From NCBI GenBank assembly GCA_951406725.2, contig OX597823.1, positions 20,336,001 through 20,400,000 on the forward strand: DNA of 64,000 bases. Direction: 5' to 3'. The first letter of the stretch is position 1. Every line of letters begins with the position of its first letter. The notes under the pieces were generated by a model that did no database searches, was not told where the DNA came from, and was given only the letters and a program-made list of their open reading frames with translations. This DNA is from Octopus vulgaris. Taxonomy: Eukaryota. Positions 27,639-41,000 of this stretch are shown piece after piece. A program made the position numbers and the translations under genes.

Positions 27639-28016
27639 GCACTCGTCGATTACGACGACGAGGGTTCCAGTTGATCCGATCAACGGAACAGCTTGCTCGT
27701 GAAATTAACGTGTAAGTGGCTGAGAACTCCACAGACACGTGTACACTTAACGTAATTCTCTGGGGATATTCAGCGTGACTCAGAGTGTGACAAGACTGGC
27801 ACTTTGAAATACAGGTACAAGAGAAACAGGAAGAAAGAGTGGGATGAAGTTGCGGTGAAAGAATATAGTAGTGTTCGCCACCATCCCCTGCCGGAGCCTC
27901 GTGAAGCTTTAGTTGTTTTCGCTCAATAAACACTCACAAGGTCCGGTCTGGGAATCGAAACTGCGATCTTATGACCGCGAGTCCGCTGCCCTAACCACCG
28001 GGCTATTGTGCCTTCA
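27639..28016 (-). mobile_element. SINE family C, more diverged
   Basis: Aligns along its length with 19077-19456. Confidence 0.88.
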
Positions 28017-28033
28017 CTTAGTATGCATGTATG

Positions 28034-28112
<79 letters not shown>

Positions 28113-28148
28113 GCGTGCGTGCGTGCGTGTGTGTGTGTGTGTGTGTGA

Positions 28149-28192
<44 letters not shown>

Positions 28193-28664
28193 TGAAAAAG
28201 GAGAAGAATAACTTCACTGGTAGTTCTAATCAATTCAATTTTCTAATGATATAATTTTACAATTTGATTCTTAGATCTAGTAAGTTGTTTGTTACCTTCG
28301 GTGCGGAGATATTTTAAGATTCCTTGTTAATTTTTCTGAAGAACCTTCTCGCATTCGTCTGTGGCCCACGTGAAAAAGTGTCAAAGAAACAGTCAAGGAC
28401 AAATTGTGCGAGTTAAGCTAACTGTTCCAAATGATTGATTCTTATTTACTTTAAAATGTCTGACACATTACATTAGAGAAATCTAAATATAGCTCGGCAA
28501 ATAAAGACAGAAATATATTTAAGACTGAAGAACTGTGAAACTGGTTATGCAAGGAAGAACTGGCCAAAAAAAAACCAGTGAGTATACTGGTTTGGGGACT
28601 CTCTGTTTCCAGTTCATTAACACGAACAATGATAACAAAGATATACCTCAAGGAGAAAGCGCTA

Positions 28665-28719
<55 letters not shown>

Positions 28720-29113
28720 CTAGCAGTATCGCCCGGCGTTGCTCGGGTTTGTAAGGGAAATAACTATATAGGCATTTTTAGAGATGTAAAGTATAATAGC
28801 CATCTCAATATAGCTAACCACAAAGGGGGGGGGTGTTACTGTAGCTTTTTACGTTCTGAGATTTAATAATACATTTTTAGAGAGTTACTTCCCTTATATA
28901 ATAGCAAAAAAATGCATTAAAATGGGAAAAATGATGGTAAATGTTTTTAAAATCGTAAACTCATCGTAGACGTGCGCTAATACCAAGAAGGGCTCGATAT
29001 GAATCACGACTATGAGATACCCGCTTTTGGTTACACTGCACCGCAAAATGAGGGAGTAGTTAGGAAACTAAATCGTAGGAGACAGACACACAACTTCACT
29101 TTTATATATATAT
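28720..29113 (-). mobile_element. Non-autonomous Helitron
   Basis: Minus-strand 3' end CCCGAGCAACGCCGGG hairpin followed by CGATACTGCTAG|T; reverse homolog of 51906-52406. Confidence 0.8.
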
Positions 29114-29114
29114 A

Positions 29115-29491
29115 CACTACCGTCAGAAATTAATTAGCACCCTTGATTTGCTCTTCCCTCAATGTATGTGCTGTCACCTAGTGGCCATATCTCGAACTAT
29201 TGCTTTGTTGTGAGTTCACTGTTGCGCAGAACGATGACGTAACTTTGTTTGCAGAGCAGTTTGAGAGTCTACAGCCTTATGATGTTGACATAGCAGTGCA
29301 ACAACTTGGAGTGCGGATGCAGACAAATCTTCCTTTGTTTAATAGATATAGGTAGCGCCTCACAAGGACCGAAATCACACCATACTAAGTTTTCTCATCG
29401 CGTAAGACGTTTTGAACAGCTCATAGGTTAATTGATTTAACCTATTTAATGTAGAAATTTGAGAAGTGCTAATTAATTTCTGACGCAAGTG
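29115..29491. mobile_element. Tc1/mariner-type MITE, 377 bp, TA-flanked
   Basis: TA|CACTACCGTCAGAAATTAATTAGCAC ... GTGCTAATTAATTTCTGACGCAAGTG|TA terminal inverted repeats. Confidence 0.88.
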
Positions 29492-29879
29492 TATATGTCA
29501 ATATTCCGACCAGAGAAGGAGGTAGGCTGTAATAAACACAGCCACGAGAAATTATCAGTCTTGAGATTAAAATACTAGTGTCCAAGAGGCGTATAAGATT
29601 CCGTCCTGAAAATATAGATTTCAAGTCGCTGCAAAAATGATGAAAAGTAATCAGAAAATATTAGCTTCAACGTACAAATAGAAGACATGTTGGATTCTTA
29701 ATTTTATCTTTAGCGCGTATGTCTAAACTATACTTTATTCATTGAATTTCAATTGGCCTGACCTACAATTATTATCAGATACTTCATTCATGGTTATATA
29801 CATGGTCAAGAAATGGATTACAGTTTGAATAGTGAGTGTTTATTTCCGAATAAGGATAGCAATATAATTATTTAATAAA

Positions 29880-30192
29880 CTCAGTCGGTTACGACGACAA
29901 GGGTTCCAGTTAATCCGATCAACAGAACAGCCTGACCGAGAAATTAATGTGCAAGAAATTAATGCGCCACAGACATGTGTACCCATAACGTAGTTCTTGG
30001 GGCGATTCAGTGTGACACAGAATATCATAAAGCATTTGAGTTTCAGGTACAACTAATTTTTGCCAACTGAGAGGATTAGAGCAACGTGAAATAAAGTGTG
30101 TTGCTCAAGGATACAACGCGACGCCTGTTTTCGAATTCATGACCTTACGAGTGTGGCCGAATACCCTAACCATTACAAGACGCGCCTTCACT
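29880..30192 (-). mobile_element. SINE with D-type head and C-type tail
   Basis: 30060-30192 matches the family D head; 29880-30020 matches the family C tail (TCGGTTACGACGAC.AGGGTTCCAG). Confidence 0.75.
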
Positions 30193-30224
30193 GTTCATTA
30201 TTCAATAAGCCGTTGGTGAACATA

Positions 30225-30466
30225 CAGGGTGAACCAAAAGTAGGTGTACACTTTAAATGCTTTTCATTTTATTACATTTACACTTAGTTATTACAATTAC
30301 ATTTATTAAAACAGTTTAACCTCGTAAATGCTCGAAATGTCCTTCAATATTGCAACATTTTCCAAATCTTTCCAGAACACTGCGACGCACAACACGACAC
30401 AAATTCTGATCTGAATCAATTTCACTAAAAGCTTCAGAGATGAGTACCTACTTTTGGCCCACCCTG
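30225..30466. mobile_element. Tc1/mariner-type MITE, 242 bp, TA-flanked
   Basis: TA|CAGGGTGAACCAAAAGTAGGT ... ACCTACTTTTGGCCCACCCTG|TA. Confidence 0.88.
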
Positions 30467-31438
30467 TATAATTGCATAAAGACACCTTCACCATTTGTTT
30501 GGAAGAAAAAAGTTTCTTGTTCGAATCCAGTTCAGGACTATGCACTTTTTTAGTAACTTTGTTTTTCTGAGTTAGGAACTGGACAAATGGCTCTGCAGGA
30601 CTCTCGACACTGTGGAATGTAATATGGCCTATGTTTCTCTTCAATGACTGCACAATAACACACGAGAAAGGAAGAAATAAAAGAGGGCTGACGCTACGAA
30701 TGGGCGAAAAGACTAGAGTAAGTGGCAAGTGTGGTATCCGGATGTGTATAAAATTCTGGTAACGTTACAGAGATGAGTGGGCTGGGAAAGCCTGACTGGA
30801 GCTGACGTGAAAATAAGCAACACTGGAGACCACGGATCACTGTAGTTGTAGTTGTAGTAGTAGTAGTAGTAGTAGTAGTAGAGAGAGAGAGAGAGAAAGA
30901 GTATGAAGAAAGAGAGAGAGAGAGAGAAGTGGGATGCGTGGGGGAAGAAATCGGACAGCACTTCCGTGGACCAGAGATTGGTGTGCGTTGTGAGCGATGC
31001 CGATCAGTGGAGTGGCCTTTTTTCTTGACAAGGATGTGTGGACATGTAGCAATTGGAACAGCAGCGAGCAGCAGAATTGTACCAGATCTGTGAATAGAAT
31101 TTCATTGAATGTCTTCGCCTTGAGCTCTGAAAAGCATTAGCTAGTGGTTATTTGGGCTGCAGTAGTGTTTGGCCTTATCATCACGATGCTTTGGCGATCC
31201 AAGATGAAATCTCTCGAGGCTTGGTGTATGTGTATATATATATTGGAATGACCAATTTTAAATACTATTGGAACTTAATCACAAGGTACAGAAATCTTAT
31301 GTGTATACCATTCTGCTTAAATAATGGAACTGAAGATACAATATCCCTGCATATCTTACGTATGTTTTCATTCCTCCACTTCACTCTCTATTTCATAGCT
31401 TATCTTGAATAACTATTGCTTAACCATTTTTTCACACC

Positions 31439-31486
31439 GTCTCCGATGAAGGGATATTTAATATATCCCGGAAACAGCTGTAAGAC
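31439..31486 (+). ncRNA. Type I hammerhead-like motif (core CCGAUGA, U4C)
   Basis: GTCT-CCGATGA-A-GGGATA(TTTAATA)TATCCC-G-GAAA-CAGCTG-TA-AGAC: all three stems pair, palindromic stem III, GUA site. Confidence 0.7.
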
Positions 31487-31968
31487 CTACTTATAAATGT
31501 TCTGAAATCTTTCATAGCCTTGGAATTTTAGCTAATTCTGTTATTTTTTTTTATAAGTACACATACTGATATATGACCTACGCTGGACTCCTCATTCGCA
31601 TAACCACCGAACCTGGAGGTTAACTATAGTCTGTCCATAGTACTTACTCAGCATCAATACCTGACACCTTTCAGTCTTCTTGACACCATTACCTCTCATA
31701 ACCTCAATATATTTATATATATATATATATATATATATCATACAAAATAAGATGATATTCTTTCGAACGCAGAGTTGGTGTTAGGATAGAATAACTGGGT
31801 AAGTTTTTCTTACGAAGCGGAAAAATTTGTCAACAACCAGCTATGTTAGGGTAATTTACTCAGGATTTCTGATGTTCTAACGATAACTGCGTTCGTAAAA
31901 ATATCTTCTTATTTGTATCGTACAATGCACATTTTCGACGCTTCTAATAAAATAACTAATATTTGTTT

Positions 31969-32062
<94 letters not shown>

Positions 32063-32731
32063 GTATATGTATGTATCTATCGTAAATGTTCATTCTTAAA
32101 TGTTGTTAATAGTCCGGAAAATTATAATTGAAGATTGTTTTGTGAGGGTCACTTCAAAGGAGAAACAAATGAACGTTGGAGCAGGGACAAATGAATATGT
32201 TTCATAATCGATGTTGCTATATTGGACAATCAACCACATACTGATCATAAAACACATTGGAAAACAGAGAAGAAAAGGATAAATTAATAATAACTCAGAT
32301 CATAAATTGGGAGAAAAGAGAGAACAAATGTAAAGTGATATAAATAAGTAATATTTCGAGATTTCTGTTCAATCTCCAACAACTTAGCATTCTGACGCGA
32401 ACAATTCAAAACGAAATCCTAGATCAAAACAATGAAGAAATCTGCATTACAAGCAATTACCATTATCCTGGAGGAAAGCAATTTCTTTCTGAAGTCTTTA
32501 GATCTGGCGGAAAATATAGCTGCTTTCATTTTGCTTCAAGTAATCAAGCCTTTACTACTAATAAAACATAATAAAGCAAACGATGTAATAATGATTTGTT
32601 CGCTGCATTTAACACCAGGGACCATTCCTTCGTAGAAACGTGTTACACAAACGTTATACAATATATTGAGACTTATTAAACACTGGTAAAAAAAGAGAGG
32701 CACAAATAAATTACACATGGTGTATGCATAC

Positions 32732-32777
<46 letters not shown>

Positions 32778-32778
32778 A

Positions 32779-32823
<45 letters not shown>

Positions 32824-32842
32824 TTATCTATATCTATCTATA

Positions 32843-32885
<43 letters not shown>

Positions 32886-32989
32886 GTGTGTGTATGCATG
32901 TGTGTGTATGTGTATTTGTGTGTGTGATTATAAATAAATGGTAAAGATGTGAAAAAGCGGCAACCATTGTTGGTTGAATGATGACGATT

Positions 32990-33841
32990 ACACTTCGCTT
33001 CTGATATTGGAACTTGTCACCATGCAAATTCCCGGTCTTATACTAGATTCGAATCCTATTACATTCTCTGGCAAATTAGCCTGCAGATGCTGATTTACTT
33101 CCTCATCTGGTTTTAACTTCCAGCATTTTAAGTCTGCCACAAAATCTGATCGAATTTCCTCCTCTTCCAATAATGCTTCTATAAGTTCAGACGATAGATC
33201 AGCTATTCCTGTTTTCATTGACTTTTGTCTAGACACACTCCTCCTTTTCTGATTTTCTCGTCTACATTTTTCTAACTGTTCCCAGTGATTACTCATTCCT
33301 CAACCTCGTCTATCCTTTCCAGTGACGATCGTGCGGTGATAATTGTAAGGAACCCCTGAGTTTTCTATTTATCCCTTTCTGGAATTGAACATGGAGCAAA
33401 TTATTTTTCCTCCGGGATTTCCAGTTGAAACAGATCAGGTGCTAGAACATAACAAACAAGATCAAGGTGCACCACATATGCTTTATAGTTGATGTTGTAT
33501 AACCCTTTGAATGACGAATAGTCAGGAAGGAAGGGGAAAAGGTAAATAAATACAACCCTCTTAAGTATGTCTATGGAAAATGAAGAAGGTGAAGATAGTG
33601 CCAATTATTGTTGGGTCCTTGAGAACAGTATCAGAATGCATCAAGAGAAATATAAAGGAAACTGGATTAGAGTGCCCAGTAGATCTGTTAGAAAAGGTTT
33701 GCCTCCTTGGCACGGCCAGAATAATCAGGTAAGTATCAGATTGCTGAAAAGAACGAATAGCATGGTACCACAGGCTGCAGGTAGTAAGCCCGCTATGCAT
33801 GCAAAACTCCGGGAGCTCCAACAAAACCTGTGATGGAGAGA

Positions 33842-33913
<72 letters not shown>

Positions 33914-34860
33914 TCTTTGTAATGTAGGCACACAGCTTGAAATGTGTGAAAGGAGCCTAGTCGGTTATATCTACCTAGTGCTCATCTGGTACCTATTTTA
34001 TCGACTCCGATACGATTAAAAATAATGATATAAATATTTAATGTTATGTAATTTTAATGCAAAGTAGATGTGACACTAGAGCAATGCTATGGAGCAGTCA
34101 TGTTGCTCCATAGTACACCTGGCACCATTCTAATGATATGTCAATATTACACAAAGGTTCTTGAGTTTACTTACCTCTGTCTTAACTTTCCGTCTAAAAT
34201 AGAGAAGTACTTTACGAGCAGCGGTTATCCATTAATACTGAAGATGTTTACAAGTAGTGCAAACTTCGTAACCCTTTACAATGGGCAGATAACTGTTACA
34301 TGATTGTTAAAGTTAAAACAAAATGTATCTTGATATTAATAACACTTCTGATTAATCCAAAGTCTGAGAAGAATCTATTCCTGCTCCATAACCTTAATAT
34401 ATGAATATTTGTGCAAATCGTTTCCTTTTCAGTCCTGGGCTGCAAGAGTTAAATATTCTGACTAATCCATTTATGTCAATAAATGAAAAAGAAACAGCTG
34501 GACAAAATGAACTTATTATCTGTTTCCACTCAATTTGGAGCTGTTTTCAATTTTCAAGAGATGTCTTTAATATTGTTAAGAACTATTTCGTTGACGTTGA
34601 GCTTAGAGGCATTGCTATGTTCACAAGAAGCTTCAATGATGTTACAGGTAAGCAGTGACCGGCAACATTTGGTGAAGTGATTTAGCTTTCCACACTTATG
34701 ACACTCTAATGAGAATGTGAGACGTCTCGTTCGTTCGCGTCCAAAATTATTACAGTTGATTACCACATACCTTCGCTGCTGTTGTGGCTGTGCTTGATAT
34801 TTTTCAAACGTGGTTTTATTACCGTTCAAATAATTCTTGCAAACATTAATTTTCTACATC
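32990..34860 (-). pseudogene. Heavily decayed Gypsy-like LTR retrotransposon gag-pol remnant
   Basis: Minus ORF 34554-34829 contains CHKCGKLNHFTKCC (CCHC knuckle); downstream frames are only faintly integrase-like; interrupted by (AAT)n at 33843-33912 and a SINE fragment. Confidence 0.45.
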
Positions 34861-36612
34861 GATGCTTGTTTTCAATTTAGCAAATTAGGTTTTACAGTGT
34901 ATCGTCACTGCTAATGATGATAATTCTCCATAACCTAACACTGGCTGGTTTTATGCCCACAGAGCACAATGATGATATGAAATCATTTTAATTACCTCCT
35001 ATTCGGAGAATTTTTTTTACGATTGATTAAATTTACAGAAAAACTGTTTGTGATTGTTTTTTAAAATAAAAACAAATTGATTTATTGACTCATTGTCATG
35101 TTGTTTAGGTTCCATTAATTTCAACCTATGAGCGACCATTAATCTTTCGGTGGATTTAACTTGTTTTCCTATTACTTTTTTATCGAAAGGTATACAGAAT
35201 TTTTACTAAAGGTCAAGAAAAGCATGTAAAATGACTTCAATACAACATGTGGATAGAAAGAAAGGCTTCTCTTTGCTTTTTCATTTATTTCGGTTTCAAT
35301 TTGTCCTTCTCATGTCTTGGTGTGTGTTTGGTTATTCAGATTGAAATCATTTTCTGACATCAATGTCACCAATTCGTCGTATTTTGAAGACGTTCGGCGA
35401 GAAAAACGTACAACTTGTAAGAAAAGTTTTAAAAGATTGAAAGTAGACACACTAATTGATGTGAATGTTGATTTTATTTCGTTTCGCTTATTCACCATTT
35501 AATATAGTTTTGTTTGGGAGCCAGGGGTCAAATTTGTAATTCTTTTCCCAAGAGTCCTTCCTTTTGTCAAAGGTTTGAAAACGTTTGCGTTGTTGTTCGT
35601 ATATGGAAATATATACATATGTACAGTTCAATATTTAAGAGGAATTATGTAAATTATCTGCATTGTGTTAACGTTGTGTTAACAACAAACAAGATCAGGA
35701 CAAATATCTGTCAAATGTAAATAATATAAATAATGTATATACATACGTATATAGAAGTATATACATACATGCATGCACACATATATAGACATTCATAAAA
35801 CGTACGTATGTAAATACACAGATACATAGATTTATTTATTCTTTATGAGATAACACATTTCAGCTGTTTCAACCAATGCTCTTGTCAAATATGATGGACA
35901 TAGCTTTTATATGCAATCTCTAATACTAATAAAGATTGCAATAACTCCAACTTACGTATTGAAAAGAAATCATATTCGGTTAACTCCTGTTATCGAAGAA
36001 TGCATAGGAAATACACAGATATTTTTTAACTTTCTTGGTTAAAAACGGTCAATGCCTCTTTTCTTTGCAGGCTCTCCCACTGCATTGAGACTGACGCGAA
36101 GGAAGGACTGGATGTATAGATTAATGCGGGAACTGCAGTGGTGGTGGGTGGGTTTATGAAACTGAGATGAGAATAAAGTTTCTCAAAGTGGTCAGAGAAA
36201 TTCGAAGAAATCCTTTAGTCAGTGTTTGAATGCCAGTAATGTCTACCAGAAACGTGGGTTCGATTCCTACTGGCAGCCTCCGACCTTTTTCAATTGAAAA
36301 GGTTTTTAAGCCCTCTATTTGCATGTTAATACTCATAGCGTTATGTGATTTTGAGATCCAAAAGTTAAACAAAACAATTCTTATGCCGTCAGCTATGTTT
36401 TTATGCGTGTATGTATAAAAAACAAGGATTGTTATTAACATTATTAACAAAATAATAATTCTTTCAAATTTTGGTACTAGGTCAGTAATTTTAGAGAAGA
36501 GGGTTATTCAATTACACCGAAGTCAGTGCTCAACTGGTACTTGTTTTAGCGAATCCGAAAGGATGAAAGGCAAAGCTGACCTCAGCAGAATTTAAACAAA
36601 GAATGTCTTTAA

Positions 36613-37243
36613 CCCCTTACCCGGCAGAAACGAATATATGCGTTTTGACCGAAATCGTTTTTTTCTATTTCCGGCGAGTTAACTCGTCAAAAGATAGACT
36701 CGCTAAAATCGACAGCAAACGAGTTCCTTCGTCTATTATAAACTCTTTTTTGACATATACGAGTATATTCGCTCACTTTATACGTCTGGCAGTGACGAGT
36801 TCTGCCTCCTTTCGCTTGAGTAAGGCATTGAAGACCGAGTATGATTTAGTCACCTGGAGACAGTCGAAGGGTTGGAAGGCACATTTTATGAATAGAAGTA
36901 TTCACTTTGTTTTTACGTTGTTTTTTTTATACCTTTATATTATAACCCCACCATGTCGATCTCTGATGATGATAGCGATTATGAAGCTTCTCTTGGAGGG
37001 TTGGATACATCTGATGAGAGTGAAAGTTTGTCAGAAGAGTTTTATTCAAGTGAAGAAACTGAAGATGAGGATGAGGTAGATGCAAAGCGGTAATTTAAAA
37101 TCAATATTATTGAATTAAAATTCATAATAAATAAGGTTTGAAATATACCTCGAAATCACCATTCAAAACATAGTAAAATAAAACAATTAAAAAATTTGTC
37201 TGAAAAAATACATTTATTTTCAAAATAATTGTTGGGTAAGGGG
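36613..37243 (+). mobile_element. Non-autonomous piggyBac-type element, 631 bp
   Basis: TTAA|CCCCTTACCCGGCA ... TGTTGGGTAAGGGG|TTAA; internal acidic mini-ORF 36953-37093; abuts a family A SINE fragment at 36470-36608. Confidence 0.88.
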
Positions 37244-37461
37244 TTAAGATAGGCTGAATGAAAAGTTATGCGATGGATTGTTAAAACACCTTCAAAAGCC
37301 AAATTTTGCAAATTGGAGGCAGAGAATTGAACATAGAAGAGAAAAGAAGAGAAAAAAAGGAGTTTTTCATTTTAATTTACATTTCGATATTTCGGTGAGA
37401 AGAGCTCTCTATCAAGAAAACGGTAAAGGACAGTGACGAGTTGTCATTGTTATTATTGAGA

Positions 37462-37644
37462 TGGCTGAGTAATTAATACGTGGGACTGAAGGCTCAGCGG
37501 CAGTTCTTCCGAGTGCCGCCAAGGTCAACATCCCTTTCCATCTTTTTCGGATCGATAAAATAAGTACTAGTTCAGCACTGGGGTTTATGTAATCGACTCT
37601 CCCTCGAACGCAAGATTTCAGGCCTTCTGCCTATAGTAGAAAGG

Positions 37645-37722
<78 letters not shown>
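37462..37722 (+). mobile_element. Diverged SINE family A relative with (ATT)n tail
   Basis: GCCAAGGTCAAC...CATCTTTTTCGGATCGATAAAATAAGTACTAG body; (ATT)n at 37645-37722. Confidence 0.7.
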
Positions 37723-37724
<2 letters not shown>

Positions 37725-37863
37725 GCTATGAATTTAGAGGCCCTTTGAGTAATAGAAATGGACAGGAACCACTTAGTCTAACATACGGATGGATAAAGAT
37801 TTCGAGTAAAGTAGAAAACTCCAAAAATATTGAAACGCTACCCTAAATGTGTATGTACGTATA

Positions 37864-37912
<49 letters not shown>

Positions 37913-38033
37913 ATGTATATATATGTACATACATATATATATATTTGTTCCACGTCCTCGCGTTGTTGTGTTTTCTCTTTGTGTTTTCATGTTTGGATTA
38001 ACTTTATATATATATATATATAAATATATATAT

Positions 38034-41000
38034 CATCACAATCAAGGAACGGCCATAATAGGCCATTCACCCACTAGAAATAACAGCCAAAGCTTCAACC
38101 GCAAAATAACATTAATTCCGAAAACCAGGAGAAAATTAAAAAACATTTACCCTGTAATTTCTTATACGATGCACCGTTTCATCTACTGTTTAATGGTAAA
38201 CTAACCCGATTAAATTAAATCAAGCCAATCTTCCATAGGCCCTTAGATTCGTCAGTAAGAAATAGCCAGATCGGAACAGATATTTTCACGAGGCATTTCT
38301 GTCCCTGCCTCGCCAATATCTGACCTAAAATTTTCAAATCATCGCACTCGCGCCAAATTTATCGGCAGCAAATAAATATAAGCCGCCGATTCCATTACGG
38401 AATCAACCAGAAAATTCATAATTAATCAATATAGGGTGCCAAAAAAAATTTTGTAGAATTTTTTTGCCACCAGCGGCCTTGTGGGAAAAAATTAAATAGT
38501 CATAGACCATTTATAAGTTCAACATCACAATCAAGGAACGGCCATAATAGGCCATTCACCCACTAGAAATAACAGCCAAAGCTTCAACCGCAAAATAACA
38601 TTAATTCCGCAAACCAGGAGAAAATTAAAAAAATTTACCCTGTAATTTCTTATACGATGCACCGTTTCATCTACTGTTTAATGGTAAACTAACCCGATTA
38701 AATTAAATCAAGCCAATCTTCCATAGGCCCTTAGATTCTTCAGTAAGAAATAGCCAGATCGGAACAGATATTTTCACGAGGCATTTCTGTCCCTGCCTCG
38801 GCAATATCTGACCTAAAATTTTCAAATCATCGCACTCGCGCCAAATTTATCGGCAGCAAATAAATATAAGCCGCCGATTCCATTACGGAATCAACCAGAA
38901 AATTCATAATTAATCAATATAGGGTGGCAAAAAAAATTTTGTAGAATTTTTTTGCCACCAGCGGCCTAGTGGGAAAAAATTAAATAGTCATAGACCATTT
39001 ATAAGTTCAACATCACAATCAAAGAACGGCCATAATAGGCCATTCACCCACTAGAAATAACAGCCAAAGCTTCAACCGCAAAATAACATTAATTCCGCAA
39101 ACCAGGAGAAAATTAAAAAACATTTACCCTGTAATTTCTTATACGATGCACCGTTTCATCTACTGTTTAATGGTAAACTAACCCGATTAAATTAAATCAA
39201 GCCAATCTTCCATAGGCCCTTAGATTCTTCAGTAAGAAATAGCCAGATCGGAACAGATATTTTCACGAGGCATTTCTGTCCCTGCCTCGGCAATATCTGA
39301 CCTAAAATTTTCAAATCATCGCACTCGCGCCAAATTTATCGGCAGCAAATAAATATAAGCCGCCGATTCCATTACGGAATCAACCAGAAAATTCATAATT
39401 AATCAATATAGGGTGGCAAAAAAAATTTTGTAGAATTTTTTTGCCACCAGCGGCCTAGTGGGAAAAAATTAAATAGTCATAGACCATTTATAAGTTCAAC
39501 ATCACAATCAAGGAACGGCCATAATAGGCCATTCACCCACTAGAAATAACAGCCAAAGCTTCAACCGCAAAATAACATTAATTCCGCAAACCAGGAGAAA
39601 ATTAAAAAACATTTACCCTGTAATTTCTTATACGATGCACCGTTTCATCTACTGTTTAATGGTAAACTAACCCGATTAAATTAAATCAAGCCAATCTTCC
39701 ATAGGCCCTTAGATTCTTCAGTAAGAAATAGCCAGATCGGAACAGATATTTTCACGAGGCATTTCTGTCCCTGCCTCGGCAATATCTGACCTAAAATTTT
39801 CAAATCATCGCACTCGCGCCAAATTTATCGGCAGCAAATAAATATAAGCCGCCGATTCCATTACGGAATCAACCAGAAAATTCATAATTAATCAATATAG
39901 GGTGGCAAAAAAAATTTTGTAGAATTTTTTTGCCACCAGCGGCCTAGTGGGAAAAAATTAAATAGTCATAGACCATTTATAAGTTCAACATCACAATCAA
40001 GGAACGGCCATAATAGGCCATTCACCCACTAGAAATAACAGCCAAAGCTTCAACCGCAAAATAACATTAATTCCGCAAACCAGGAGAAAATTAAAAAACA
40101 TTTACCCTGTAATTTCTTATACGATGCACCGTTTCATCTACTGTTTAATGGTAAACTAACCCGATTAAATTAAATCAAGCCAATCTTCCATAGGCCCTTA
40201 GATTCTTCAGTAAGAAATAGCCAGATCGGAACAGATATTTTCACGAGGCATTTCTGTCCCTGCCTCGGCAATATCTGACCTAAAATTTTCAAATCATCGC
40301 ACTCGCGCCAAATTTATCGGCAGCAAATAAATATAAGCCGCCGATTCCATTACGGAATCAACCAGAAAATTCATAATTAATCAATATAGGGTGGCAAAAA
40401 AAATTTTGTAGAATTTTTTTACCACCAGCGGCCTAGTGGGAAAAAATTAAATAGTCATAGACCATTTATAAGTTCAACATCACAATCAAGGAACGGCCAT
40501 AATAGGCCATTCACCCACTAGAAATAACAGCCAAAGCTTCAACCGCAAAATAACATTAATTCCGCAAACCAGGAGAAAATTAAAAAACATTTACCCTGTA
40601 ATTTCTTATACGATGCACCGTTTCATCTACTGTTTAATGGTAAACTAACCCGATTAAATTAAATCAAGCCAATCTTCCATAGGCCCTTAGATTCTTCAGT
40701 AAGAAATAGCCAGATCGGAACAGATATTTTCACGAGGCATTTCTGTCCCTGCCTCGGCAATATCTGACCTAAAATTTTCAAATCTTCGCACTCGCGCCAA
40801 ATTTATCGGCAGCAAATAAATATAAGCCGCCGATTCCATTACGGAATCAACCAGAAAATTCATAATTAATCAATATAGGGTGGCAAAAAAAATTTTGTAG
40901 AATTTTTTTGCCACCAGCGGCCTAGTGGGAAAAAATTAAATAGTCATAGACCATTTATAAGTTCAACATCACAATCAAGGAACGGCCATAATAGGCCATT

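Noticed and set aside
28290-28430. Possible minus-strand exon ending in AG|GTAACA
   Set aside because: No recognisable protein similarity and no neighbouring exons.
30616-31190. Possible solo LTR (TGTAAT start, TATAAAA box, GC-richer body)
   Set aside because: No second copy, no clear CA end or target-site duplication identified.
36195-36290. tRNA-like T-arm GTGGGTTCGATTCCTAC followed by a T-run
   Set aside because: Rest of the cloverleaf cannot be formed; at most a decayed SINE head.
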